From Chiloscyllium plagiosum (lineage: Eukaryota), in NCBI RefSeq assembly GCF_004010195.1, contig NC_057752.1, positions 11,874,191 to 11,906,591 of the forward strand: DNA of 32,401 nt, in the 5' to 3' direction. The notes beneath the pieces are model-generated. The model saw nothing but the letters and a program-made list of their open reading frames with translations. It did no database searches and had not been told where the DNA came from. The position numbers and the translations under genes are program-made. Shown here piece after piece: positions 1-10,539 of this stretch. Position 1 is the first letter of the stretch, and the number at the start of each line of letters is the position of its first letter.

Positions 1-71
<71 letters not shown>

Positions 72-510
72 CCTTCTCTCTCTCTCTCTCTCTCGCCCTC
101 CCTTCTCTCTCTCTCTCTCTCTCGCCCTCCCTTCTCTCTCTCTCTCTCTCTCGCCCTCCCTTCTCTCTCTCTCTCTCTCTCGCCCTCCCTTCTCTCTCTC
201 TCTCTCTCTCGCCCTCCCTTCTCTCTCTCTCTCTCTCTCGCCCTCCCTTCTCTCTCTCTCTCTCTCTCGCCCTCCCTTCTCTCTCTCTCTCTCTCTCGCC
301 CTCCCTTCTCTCTCTCTCTCTCTCTCGCCCTCCCTTCTCTCTCTCTCTCTCTCTCGCCCTCCCTTCTCTCTCTCTCTCTCTCTCGCCCTCCCTTCTCTCT
401 CTCTCTCTCTCTCGCCCTCCCTTCTCTCTCTCTCTCTCTCTCGCCCTCCCTTCTCTCTCTCTCTCTCTCTCGCCCTCCCTTCTCTCTCTCTCTCTCTCTC
501 GCCCTCCCTT
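1..510. repeat. (CT)n microsatellite (1-64) followed by a perfect 29-bp minisatellite, ~16 copies (GCCCTCCCTT + CT run)
   Basis: The single G of the unit recurs at 66, 95, 124 ... 501 with exact 29-bp spacing. Confidence 0.98.
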
Positions 511-629
511 CTTCCTTCCTTCTTCGTCCTCCCCAGTCTCATTCTTCTTCTCCTCTCCTCTTGCCATTCTGGTCACTACACTCTCGGACGAATGTGATCA
601 CACTCGACAGGGAGCAGAGGAGAGTCACC

Positions 630-940
630 AGCATGTTGTGTGGGATGAACAGTCTCAGTTGTGACAGGAGACTGGATAGGCTGGGCTCGTTTTTCCTAGA
701 GCCGAGGAGGCTCAGTTGGGGGAGGATCTGATTGAGATACACACAATTATGAGGACCATAGATCATAAGAACCTTTTCCCCGTGGCAGACATGTCTAAGA
801 CCAGCGAACACAAGTTTAAGGTGAGGAGTAAGTGGTTTGGAGCGCAAACAATTTGTAGCACCAAGTACAAGTAAGAGATTTATTTAGATTGGTGTTTGTT
901 GGTTGGCGTAGACGTAGTAGGCCAAAGGGCCTATTTCTAC
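630..940 (+). mobile_element. CR1/HER1-type LINE, degraded 3' fragment
   Basis: Remnant ORF2 C-terminus (LDRLG-FFLE-RRL, IMR, KT-HKFKVR) and 3' tail GGCCAAAGGGCCTATTTC like other CR1 tails in this window. Confidence 0.75.
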
Positions 941-984
941 TTTTTTTTTAAAAAAACTGGAAAGTCATGCACCCATGACACTTA

Positions 985-1140
985 CCCCATCCAACATTCC
1001 CAGAACAGGCATTTCAATATAGAGTAAAGCTTCCTCCACACTGTCCCCAAACAGTCCCAGGACAGACAGTATGGGGTTAATTGCAGAGTAAAGCACCCTC
1101 TACTCTTTTTTTTAAACTGACAGTATAGCTCTCTACTCTT
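985..1140. repeat. Degenerate ~64-bp tandem repeat (AGAGTAAAGC-CCCTC-AC motif), resembling a common shark interspersed/tandem repeat
   Basis: AGAGTAAAGC at 1021 and 1085, with a weaker third copy near 1120-1138. Confidence 0.5.
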
Positions 1141-1557
1141 TATAAAATGGAAAGTCACAAATAACAGTTGAACAGCTCCTGCTGGGGTACTATTGAAATA
1201 AAGCACAAATTAACAGTTGAATGGAACAGAAACTTATTAATTGAAATAACGGTTTCTGGAGTGATGATGCACAAAGCTCGTAACCATGAAAGAGGGACAA
1301 ACAGTCAAGATCGATTAGCCTGCTTAGCCCGCTGTCTGGACCTATTGATGGCCATGTTGTTCAGGCCGAAGAGCAGAACCATAAGAAGACTTGTCTGCTC
1401 CTCCCCTTGCAGAGTGACCGTAGATCAGGAGTGTGGGACAGAAATGCAATCAAAATTTAAGGAGCAGCCTCTTCATAGAAACTAAAAAGGGGCTGCACAT
1501 GAAATTATTTGATGTATGTATGAAAAACTGCATGTGGCAGAGGACGTGGTGAACTTA

Positions 1558-1680
1558 GTGTCAAGATTAGAGTGGTGCTGGAAAAGTACAGCAGGTCAGG
1601 CAGCATCCGAACAGCGGGAAAGTCGATATTTCGGGCAAAAGCCCTCTCCAGCATCTGCAGTACCCACTTCTGCTGACCTA
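1558..1680. mobile_element. Short Penelope-like (PLE) terminal-repeat derivative with 9-bp target-site duplication
   Basis: Matches in reverse the PLE end at 25600-25732; flanked by GTGAACTTA at 1549-1557 and 1681-1689. Confidence 0.75.
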
Positions 1681-2880
1681 GTGAACTTACTCAATTTACG
1701 ATTGCAAGGGACTGCCATGTGCAACACTCTCCATCCCAGATTCTCAATGGACAAGGGGAGGACTGCTTTGTTGAGGGCCCCCCGATGGGAATCTCCATCA
1801 CGACGGGGCAAAAAATCGTGGCAAGTGGGCCTATTTCTATGCAGTATGATTCTGTCTCTTATTCCAGTATGATCTCTCCCAGTTCTTTGTACATCTTGTT
1901 TCACAGCCCACTTTCCACATCCTTGCCAATTTCGTTTAAGGTTTTAAGGTGACATAAGCAGGAACAGTGCATATGCTGGGCAATGCGTAAAAACCTGGAA
2001 AGTGCATAATGATGAACGTGGAGCTTTTTATGGGCTAATTCTTATTGAATTTTGTTAATTGCATATAAATTCAGCAATCCTGCTTACAGTACCAATGCAT
2101 TGTATGAATTTAAAGCAAAAATAAAATCACCCACCTGTGGTCTCAGATTACTAATCAGTGAATCTTAATGATCACATTTGATTTGCTTGAAATCAGAAAC
2201 CTGAGGATGGGAAACCTCTGAAGAGGGGAAATGGAGGATGTGACCTGTTGCTTCAACACATGGCAATTAATACTGTTCTCCTCTGCTTTCCTCTCTCTTG
2301 ACATTGTTCAAGACCTTATTCCCCACCTTCCCCATATGCCCAGATTCCAGCAACCCCTCAGTGTCCTAAATGAGTCCTTCAGTCCTATTGGACACTCAAA
2401 ATCTCTCACGTTTTGCTGCCCTTTCTGAAATCCTGCACTCTCCTATTGTTACACATGACCTCCTTAATTCTCTATACCATCCCCTCTACTTCAAGCTACT
2501 ACCAGTGCTTCAAAACCTTGAAAGTTCTCTTCTAATGCCACTAAGTTCCAGGTTCCTGTCACTCTGTAACCTTGGGCCTGTCTCAGTGCTGCTGTACCCC
2601 TAACCTCCTCCCAGTCCCTGGAAGCTGACTTCAGTGCAGCCATAGGTAATAGCATCTCATCCCATTACTCCTGAATGCCAGGGCCAAGCCCACTGTTGGT
2701 GGCCGATGGTAATGCCACGAAGTTTAACACTTCTGTCCTTCTGAGATATTTGACAGGAGATGATTGCTTGTATGTAAGAGATGTAGCCTTGATGAGGACT
2801 GTTTACACATGAAATAATAGTGGTTATCTAGATCAGGTGTTTTTTCTGCTAACTTTTTATGTCTGATTTATTTTCTGTAG

Positions 2881-2952
2881 AGCTTTTGAACCTGGAAAAG
2901 AAGTTAGCAGAATACAAGTGTGATACCAACAAGGCTATTCGGCTAAAGTTAG
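2881..2952 (+). CDS. HAT1: HAT1-family histone acetyltransferase, exon 2 equivalent (72 nt): xLLNLEKKLAEYKCDTNKAIRLKL(V)
   Basis: ttttctgtag| acceptor and |gtatgt donor; EKKLAEYKC-TN-AI-LKLV is the HAT1 N-terminal signature; phase 1 at both ends. Confidence 0.93.
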
Positions 2953-3335
2953 GTATGTGCTTCAAGCACAGAATCTTTTTATGACTTGCACACTGCTCCC
3001 CTTTATACATCAGACAGCGAAGGAGAAATGGGGGTGGAGGGGTTGGTGTGGAGATGGGCGAGAAAGGAAGTCATGTTGTGGCCAATTGGTTACTGAAGTT
3101 GGTGGAAATGTTGCAGTGATGTTGCAAAATAGCTTATTACATTCAGCGATGAACCAGTGTATAATCCTCCTCTTTGGGGGTAGAACATTACTTTTCTGAA
3201 ATAACTCCTAGGGGAGTATGATTTCTCTACTTATTGAGCTGTTAATGTAACTATTGGGTGCTAACGAAATTGGTTCTGCTGTTTCTTTCTCTGAAATCAG
3301 AGAGTCAGCATGATGTGTTTTTTCCATATTACTAG

Positions 3336-3411
3336 TTCGCTTCGTTGAAGACCTGGAAGATGAGACCATGAGCTTCAGTCCATTATACAGTCACCAAGTG
3401 TTTGGAGATGA
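3336..3411 (+). CDS. HAT1: HAT1-family exon 3 (76 nt): (V)RFVEDLEDETMSFSPLYSHQVFGD(E)
   Basis: actag| acceptor and |gtatgt donor; frame continuous with exon 2; P-Y-HQ-FGD motif. Confidence 0.95.
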
Positions 3412-3589
3412 GTATGTGATTTGTTACATTGGAACTTGTTGATAGGGCTGTCATTACCTATGCAATATGTTGCAAGCTTTCATAATTGCTTTTGGTTTTT
3501 GTTTTCATGCTGTGTTCTTGAATTGGCTGTTTTTGGTTACCATGTGCTCTCGTCTGGTTCTGGTCTGCCTGATTTAGCATAGCATCAGT

Positions 3590-3967
3590 TATGGCTCAAT
3601 CAGTAGCACTTATTCTTCATGAGTTAAAAGGTACATAGTTAAATATAAAGACCTAAGCATACAATCCGGGCTGATATCCCCAGAGCAGTATTGGCGGCAT
3701 GCTACATTGCATGTATAAGATACCCCATCTATAATTGTTTATATAAAATATTCCATGGCACTGCTTCAAGGAAAAGTATTGGTGTTCACACTAATATTCT
3801 AGTAAATATTTATCCCTCAGCCCAAGATTTGACTCATTACTTTTAGTGGGATCTTGTGAGAATGAATTTGCTACAATGTTGACTTCAAAAGTACTTAAGT
3901 GGCTGTAAAATGTATTAGGAAGTCCTGAGGACATGAAAGATGTAATATAAACACAGGTCTTTCTTTA
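3590..3967 (+). mobile_element. Deu-domain SINE (SacSINE1-like), degraded
   Basis: tRNA-like head GGCTCAATCAGTAGCAC, central CCATGGCACT...AATATTTATCCCTCA, tail CTTCAAAAGTACTT...GGCTGTAAA...TCTTTCTTT; related copies at 7.8, 8.9, 16.5 and 27.3 kb. Confidence 0.65.
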
Positions 3968-3994
3968 GCATTTTTGTCTGCCATGCTTGTGACT

Positions 3995-4718
3995 TAGAGT
4001 CATAGAAATGTGCAGCACAGAAACAGACCTTTCGGTCCAACTTGTCCATGCCGACCAGATATCTCAACCCAATCTAGTCCCACTTGTCAGCACTACCTCA
4101 TATCCCTCCAAACCTTTCCTGTTCGTATACCCATCCAGATGCCTTTTAAATGTTGCAATTGTACTGGCCCCTACCACTTCCTCTAGCAGCTCATTCCATA
4201 TACACACCACCCTCTCCGTGAAAAGTTTGCCCCTTTGGTTCCTTATATATCTTTCTCCTCTCACCCTAAATCTATGCCCTCTAGTTCTGGACTCCCCCAC
4301 CCCAGGGAAATGACTTTGTCTATTTATCCTATACATGCCCCTCATTATTTTATAAACCTCCATAAGGTCACCCCTCAGCCTCTGACGTTCCAGGGAAAAC
4401 AGCCCCAGCCTATTCAACCTCTCCCTATAACTCAAATCCTCCAACCCTGGCAACATCCTTATAAATCTTTTCTGAACCCTTTTATGTTTCACAACATCCT
4501 TCCAATAGGAGGGAGACCAGAATTGCATGCAATATTCCAACAGTGGCCTAACCAATGTCCTGTACAAATGCAACATGACCTCCCAACTCCAATTCTCAAT
4601 ACTCTGACCAATAAAGGAAACCCTCCACCACCACCCTCTGTCTTCTATCTTCGAGCCAGTTCTGTATCCAAATGGCTAGTTCTCCCTGTATTCCATGAGA
4701 TCTAACCTTGCCAACCAG
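3995..4718 (-). mobile_element. CR1/HER1 LINE 3' portion with open ORF2 C-terminus (4064-4576) and internal deletion
   Basis: LYRTLVRPLLEYCMQFWSP...LGLFSLERQRLRGDLMEVYKIMRG...TRGHRF...WNEL is the CR1 ORF2 C-terminus; short-repeat tail near 3995-4010; jumps to upstream RT sequence at ~4620. Confidence 0.92.
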
Positions 4719-5132
4719 TTTTAACCATAATTTTGATTAGTGCAGTTAGCACTGGATCTGTTTCTCTCCAAGGCTCACAGTTGAGAACAAACTAATGTAC
4801 ATTTTTAGTTCTTTTTTCATAAACCAGAAAGGTGGTTTGCTTGCTGGAATTCAACATCTCTGGACAGGTAGAGCGAGAGGATACATAGAACATGCTGGAT
4901 GTCGTAGGAAATCTATTCAGAGGTTGAAATACCAAGAATTCCCTGCAACTGTATTCACGTCTGACTAAAACTACATCTGTCCATGAAACCCACTTCAATC
5001 ATTTGTGAAGGTTTCACACGCCTCATTTTATCAAGTGAACAGTGTTGCTCTTGTTTAGAATGCAGTTATAGATTGCTATTCCAAGAGGTTTGCATACCAA
5101 GTATTTATTTAATTGTTTACTTTCCTGCCTTA

Positions 5133-5645
5133 ACTGCAGTATTGCCCAATTTTGGGCTCCGCACTAGCAAGAATGGGAAGATTTTCGAAGAGATGAAACG
5201 TAGATTTATGAGAATAGTTCCAGAGTTCAGGAATTTTAATTATCTCGATAGATTGGAGAGGCTGGGACTGTTCTCCTTGGAGAAGAGAAGGCTGAGAGGA
5301 AATTTGATAACGATGCTGAAAATCATGAGGCACCTGGACATTGGTGGAACAATCACAAACCAGAGGGCCCAGATTTAAGGTAGTTAGCAAAAGAAACAAT
5401 AGCAACATGACATCGAGATCTAGCATGTGCTGCCTATGTGTGTGGTGGAGGCAGTTTCAATCAAGGTTTTTCAAAAAGAATTGGGTATTTGTCTGAAGTG
5501 AAAAAATTTTGCAGGGCTACGGGGAAAATGTCAGGGGCGGGGTGGGATCAGCTGAGTTGCTGTCGCAGAGAATGGTTACAGACATGATTGGCTGAATAGC
5601 TGTCTTCTGTGCTGTAACCATTCTCTGATATTTGATCCTTCTGAT
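5133..5645 (+). mobile_element. CR1 LINE 3' fragment
   Basis: RRFMRIVPEFRNFNYLDRLERLGLFSLEKRRLRGNLITMLKIMR, then 3' UTR ending CTGTGCTGTAACCATTCT. Confidence 0.88.
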
Positions 5646-5654
5646 TTGAGTTCC

Positions 5655-6550
5655 ACATCATCATTAAGTCTGCCTATTTTCTATCTTGGTGACATTACCT
5701 GATATTTGACTCTGTTTGAGCTCATCTGCTAAAAGCCTCATTCATGCCTTTGTTACTTCTAGATTAGGCTATTCTAACACACTCCTGGCTGGTCATCCAC
5801 ATTCTAACCTCTGTAAACTTGAAGCCCTTTCTTGACTTGCACTAAGTCCCATTCCCCATCACCTCTCTGCTCGCTGACCCATGTTGGCTTCCTTTCAATC
5901 AGTGTCTTAATTTAAAAATTCTCAGCGAGCTTTGAGAAGATTTGTAGCTCAAGTTGAGGTTCTGGATGTAGATTTGCTTGCTGAGCTGGGAGATTCATTT
6001 CCCGATATTTGAGTAACATCTTCATTGGGCCTCGGGAGAAACAGTGTGCGTGGTTCCTGCTTTCTATTTATGTGTTTGGGTTGGTGATGTCATTTCCTGT
6101 TTTTCTCAGTGGGTAGTAGATGGAGTCTAACTCAATGTGTTTGTTCTTAGAGTTGTAGGAATTCTCGTGTGTCTGTTTGGCATCTCATCCTTGTTTCCAA
6201 ATTTCTCTATGGCCTCGCCCTTCCATATATCTCTCATCTCCTAAACATAGCACTTAATATCTGTGCTCACCTAGTTCTGGCCTCTTGAGCACCCGAAGTG
6301 ATTTTAGTTGTTTCACCACTTGAGAGTGTGCTTTCAGTAGCCCTAACCTGCTGAAATCTCTTTCTCTACTCCGTGTCTCTCTACATCTATCCATTCAGAC
6401 ACACCTTAGAACTGACCTCTTTGACCAAACCTTTGTTTCTCAGCCCTAATATCTCTCATTTCTCTAGCTGTCATTTCATCTTATTTTGTCTCTGAAGTGC
6501 CTTGAGATGTTGATATTTTAAACATGTTAGTTAAGTATCTATTGTTGCTT
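5655..6550 (+). mobile_element. L2-clade LINE 3' fragment, interrupted by a PLE at 5925-6182
   Basis: Remnant LIHAFVTSRLGYSNTLLAG, PITSLLADP-WLP, FKIL|ILVSKFLYGLA; similar to the copy at 13.5-14.4 kb. Confidence 0.75.
5925..6182 (-). mobile_element. Penelope-like element 3' remnant (GIY-YIG C-terminal region plus terminal repeat)
   Basis: Minus strand reads ...REFL...NKHIELDSIYYPLRK, followed by a decayed hammerhead-like core; TCTCA duplicated at 5920-5924 and 6183-6187. Confidence 0.7.
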
Positions 6551-7759
6551 TATCCCACTCCTAGAAGTATGATACACCTGTTCCCAGGTACCTTATTGTA
6601 AGGTATTTGTAAATGATGAAATTATACACCAGAAAGGCCTTGTAATCCTTTCCCCCTCTATCCTGGAATGGTTTGATAAATGGCTTCAGGGTTTCTGCCT
6701 CCCCAGGTGTATGTTCCATGTGTTGATCACTCTGTGTAAGAATTTTCTAATAGTAATAAAATCATCTTACTTTAGAGAGACTCTGTCATTCTTTTGTCTG
6801 AATTTCAATTTAATATGATGTAATATTACAGACACATTCTTTCCTTAATCACCTTATGTTCTTTATGTGGTCATCTCCTGAGTCTGTGGTTGTTCCCTTT
6901 TATTTTGAATCTGAGCAACAAACTAGCCTCTCTTCCATCTACTGAAACCTCCCAATGTCCATTGATGTGCTCTTGATGAATATCAGTACCACACACAGGT
7001 CTCCTCCTTAGTGTCTTAGCACTTTAACAGAAGCACAGTCTGTCCAGGGGATTTACTTGTTTTGAAGTTTTTAGCTTTCCTGCATACCAAAATCATTCAT
7101 TGTTTCTTGGATTTGCCGAGCATTGCTCTTACTGCTAAAATGTAATCTGTCTCTGTGTCCCTTTCTAATTTTATGCTGCTCATCTAATTTACCTGGTCTC
7201 AGGTGGAACTTTGTACCCTTGTGAGAGCCTAGGACTGTGGTGCTGACTAATTGCATTGAGCTATCTTTGTTTAAAATGCTCTTGGCTCTTATTGGAGACT
7301 GACACTTTTGTGATTTTGAAATTGGATGATGTTTTCGAACTTCATGTCCACCCCAAATTTCCAAAAAGATCCTGGAGCAATCCTGGTGTCTTTTGATCAA
7401 AACCAAGTTGGTTGAATGGATGTTTCTTCTGTCCTTTCATATCCTAGTAGTTGACTCTGTTTGTTTTAAACCCTGCCTCCATATCATCTTGTTTTCACTG
7501 CAAAGCAGTCCTATTCTCTCAACTCTGTGTGAAAACATTTCTTCTGACATCCCCCTTCTTCCACTGGTAATCCTCAGTCTGTGCTTCCTCTGTCACCTAT
7601 TCACTAACTCATGGAAACAATGTTGCATTTGCATTCCCCTCCAAAGAAGTCTTTGTCTTTTACCCCTGGTGTGATTGTAGGAAATTGTTACTGTCCCTTT
7701 TCCATATTTTGATGTTTTCTATAATGGGCTGCTGAGGACAGTACACAGTACTTTGTGTT

Positions 7760-7970
7760 AAATGTGGGCAAAATATTGGCCAGAATACCGAAATAGCTCA
7801 CTACTCTTTGTCATATCGTGCCACTGATGTTTGTTATTCATCTGAGCTAGCAATGTAGGCTGTTCAGTTCAATGTTTGCAAAATGGTATTCCTTTAGTAA
7901 TGTGTTCAGGTGACAGCCGAGATTATGGGCTTCAACCCATAGCCTGATGAAGGTACTATCAACTGAGTCA
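7760..7970 (-). mobile_element. Deu-domain SINE, 5' half, degraded
   Basis: Reverse-complement similarity to the 3.6 and 16.5 kb copies (AATATTGGCCAG, GTGCCA, AACTGAGTCA head). Confidence 0.5.
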
Positions 7971-8499
7971 AGATGGAACATTCCTCCAAGATCCTATCTT
8001 TTCTGAAGGGAACAGAGCCCACGGTTTCCAGTTCTTCCTCATTGCACAATCTATTTGACAGTCAGCCAGCCCCATGGAACTTCACTACATTGTGTACGGC
8101 ACTTTGCAATCAAGGTGTGGTCTGACCAGTGCATTGTACTTATAATTATGTCTTTGATTGATTTGCACTCAACTATATGATACACGTGTAGAATACAAGC
8201 TCTTTGAGAGATCACTTAGAGTATACAGCCCAAGAACAAGCCATTCGACTCATTCAGAGGAATGGGGTGTGATGCCAGAGTTTATGTGACACATTTAACA
8301 CTGGAACTCCTTGCAATACTGCCTACAGGTGTATCAGATATTGCAGGTAAATGCATTCATTTTTACAGGAGAGCATTCTATTCAAAGAGATGGGTTTGAA
8401 TGTTTTCAGTGGAATACTTTATATTAAATTTAATATGCAATAGATATAAATGGTTTGACAATCTTTTGATTTTTGAAGTTTCGTATCACTTCGTTTAGA

Positions 8500-8595
8500 T
8501 AATTTCTCTCAACAGGGCGATTAGAAAATATCACACACCTCTGGAATAGGTAGGACTTGAGCCCAGACCTCCTGGCTTGGAGGAGGTCTGGGCTC
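8500..8595 (-). mobile_element. tRNA-derived SINE fragment carrying a 15-bp inverted duplication
   Basis: Minus strand GGGCTCAAGTCCTACCTATTCCAGAGGTGTGTG is B-box-like; related sequence at ~28230-28310. Confidence 0.5.
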
Positions 8596-8839
8596 CTTTC
8601 CTTCATTTTGTACCATGTAAATGTGGTGATATCAACTAATTGCTGAGTAAACCTTGCTGTTTTGTTGCATTATTTAAAGAGCTTATTAGTAAGCCCCATG
8701 TTAGCAGAAGTTCTTCCAGTGCAAGCAGTTCTCTCATACAGCTCGTTTACGCTGAGGCTTAGCAGCATTTGCGCAAAAGTTTTCTACAAAGCAGCGAGCG
8801 CGACTCTTCCATTTGCCAAGAAATATCAGCGCAGTAAGA

Positions 8840-9000
8840 ACAGGTGATCCCATTATTACAACATTGCTGTCTATGGGATCTTGCAGTGCGCAAATTGGCT
8901 GCCGTGTTTCCTGTGGAACAATTGTGACTATGCCTAAGAAGTATTTCATTGGCTGGAAAGCACTTTGAGGTGTCCTGCAATTACAGGCAAGTGTATAAGT
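8840..9000 (+). mobile_element. Deu-domain SINE 3' portion
   Basis: GGGATCTTGCAGTGCGCAAATTGGCTGCCGTGTTTCCT...CATTGGCTGGAAAGCACTTTG matches 16690-16800. Confidence 0.7.
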
Positions 9001-9211
9001 TATTTGGAAGGGCTGCTCAGTTGATAGCAGTGTTTCCACTGAGGCAGCTCTAATATAAATGAGGCATCAGACATGCCCACTGTGTTACTAAACATCAAGT
9101 AAATGTGCTCATTTGAGTTTATAAATGGCCCTGCATTAAAAGTAAAGAGAAAATAAGTCTAACTTCTACAAATACTCTATCAACATGTGGTTATTTCTGC
9201 TTTGCCTGCAG

Positions 9212-9332
9212 AGAATCAGTATTTGGCTACAAGGACCTTGAAATCCAATTGTACTACAGTACCTGCAGCCTCACTACATTCTTCAATATCAAATACTCCA
9301 GCAAAGTTGTAGAAAAATATGACAACGTAGAG
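9212..9332 (+). CDS. HAT1: HAT1-family exon 4 (121 nt): ESVFGYKDLEIQLYYSTCSLTTFFNIKYSSKVVEKYDNVE
   Basis: tttgcctgcag| acceptor and |gtaggc donor; FGYK-L-I-LYY motif; phase fits exons 3 and 5. Confidence 0.95.
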
Positions 9333-10359
9333 GTAGGCTATTGAAATGTTGCTTGACTTCACAAGGTTTTAACTAGCCTAAGCAGTGCTCTGATTATGCA
9401 CTGTGTCATAGTACTGCAGTCTGTTCAGACCAGTGAGGTTCTGCAATGCACTATTCACTGGTTGCATCTGGTTTGTGGTTGCTTTATAGGTAACCTTGGT
9501 GCCCCTGAGTTAGGGAGTTGTAAATTTCACAAGGTTTTTGGTCTTGATCAATCCCAGATGTGAATGTCCCATTTGATTAAGATAAACCTTTCTTTTCTCC
9601 TCACCTCTCCCTTGGTTATGTGACCCACTGGTTCTCTGTTTGAGCTCCTACATAGGAGCTGTCAACCAGATGAGGTAGGGCTGCTGATGCCTGTGCAACA
9701 GCAAAAATCTTTCAAGGGAGCAGAAGTTGACTTCACTGCTTTGACCTCAAGAGGTACCTGAAATGACATCTTGCAAGCTTGGAGTATTAGGACCGACAGC
9801 CTTCCATTCTGTAATTGTGGGCTTGAGTCAAACACCTGGCAGTCATTTCATCCAAAGGAAGGATGATGAAATAATGATGCACCGCATTTAAAAAAAACTT
9901 TAGAAAAGCCATTTCATTGATGATGTTACTTAAACTAAGTGTTATTTTGTAAGTTTGTTTATAGCACAATGAGGAATTTGCTTTGCAGTCATTTAATAAA
10001 TCCTGTAAGGCCTTTCCTGGTGAAAACGGGGAAATAATGTGTTTTCTAGCTAAATATTTTCACAAATTGACAGGTTAGAGTACCTCCTCTGAGGTGTTGC
10101 TGTTCATGCCATGTATTGATTTAAAAAAAAAACAGGGAAATGACAGCATTGCCAAGCAGAATTATAGAGACAGACAGCTGTCTGGGGATCTGCTTCTCAG
10201 CTGCCATAAAATTGCTTCTGTCTTTTGACCTGTGGAATCCATAAGAGATTGCACAATGTGGCAAGAAAAGAATATGAGAGGGAGGGAACAGAAAAAAGAA
10301 ACTGCTTCCAATGTGCTTAAAGCTCTATAGTTTACTGTAAACAATTTGTTCCTATCTAG

Positions 10360-10539
10360 GTTGATAATGTTGAAAGTAAAATGTTAGAATTTATCCCAGC
10401 TGGTTACTGCATCAACCTTGATGAGTTTATTGTGCAGCTGGAAAAGGACGCTTCCTTCAGACCATTTGGATTTCTCATTCACTCGTATACCGTGTATGAT
10501 GAGAAGGAGGGACTGGAGTTAAACTATGAGATTTACAAG
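10360..10539 (+). CDS. HAT1: HAT1-family exon 5 (180 nt): VDNVESKMLEFIPAGYCINLDEFIVQLEKDASFRPFGFLIHSYTVYDEKEGLELNYEIYK
   Basis: cctatctag| acceptor and |gtgagt donor; LEK--F-PFG-L-H-Y motif; overlaps ORF 10381-10584. Confidence 0.95.

Noticed and set aside
1..510. Regularly spaced repeats resembling a CRISPR array
   Set aside because: No unique spacers (identical CT runs), no cas genes, vertebrate context; it is a minisatellite
541..2880. HAT1 exon 1 and promoter
   Set aside because: No convincing ATG with a phase-1 donor and no CpG-island-like segment found; probably upstream of the window
4064..4576. 170-aa open ORF as a host or domesticated gene
   Set aside because: C-terminus of CR1 ORF2 in a truncated, internally deleted copy; openness reflects youth
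8662..8847. 61-aa ORF with some CpG enrichment
   Set aside because: No recognisable homology, non-ATG start, no clear splice pair; runs into a SINE fragment
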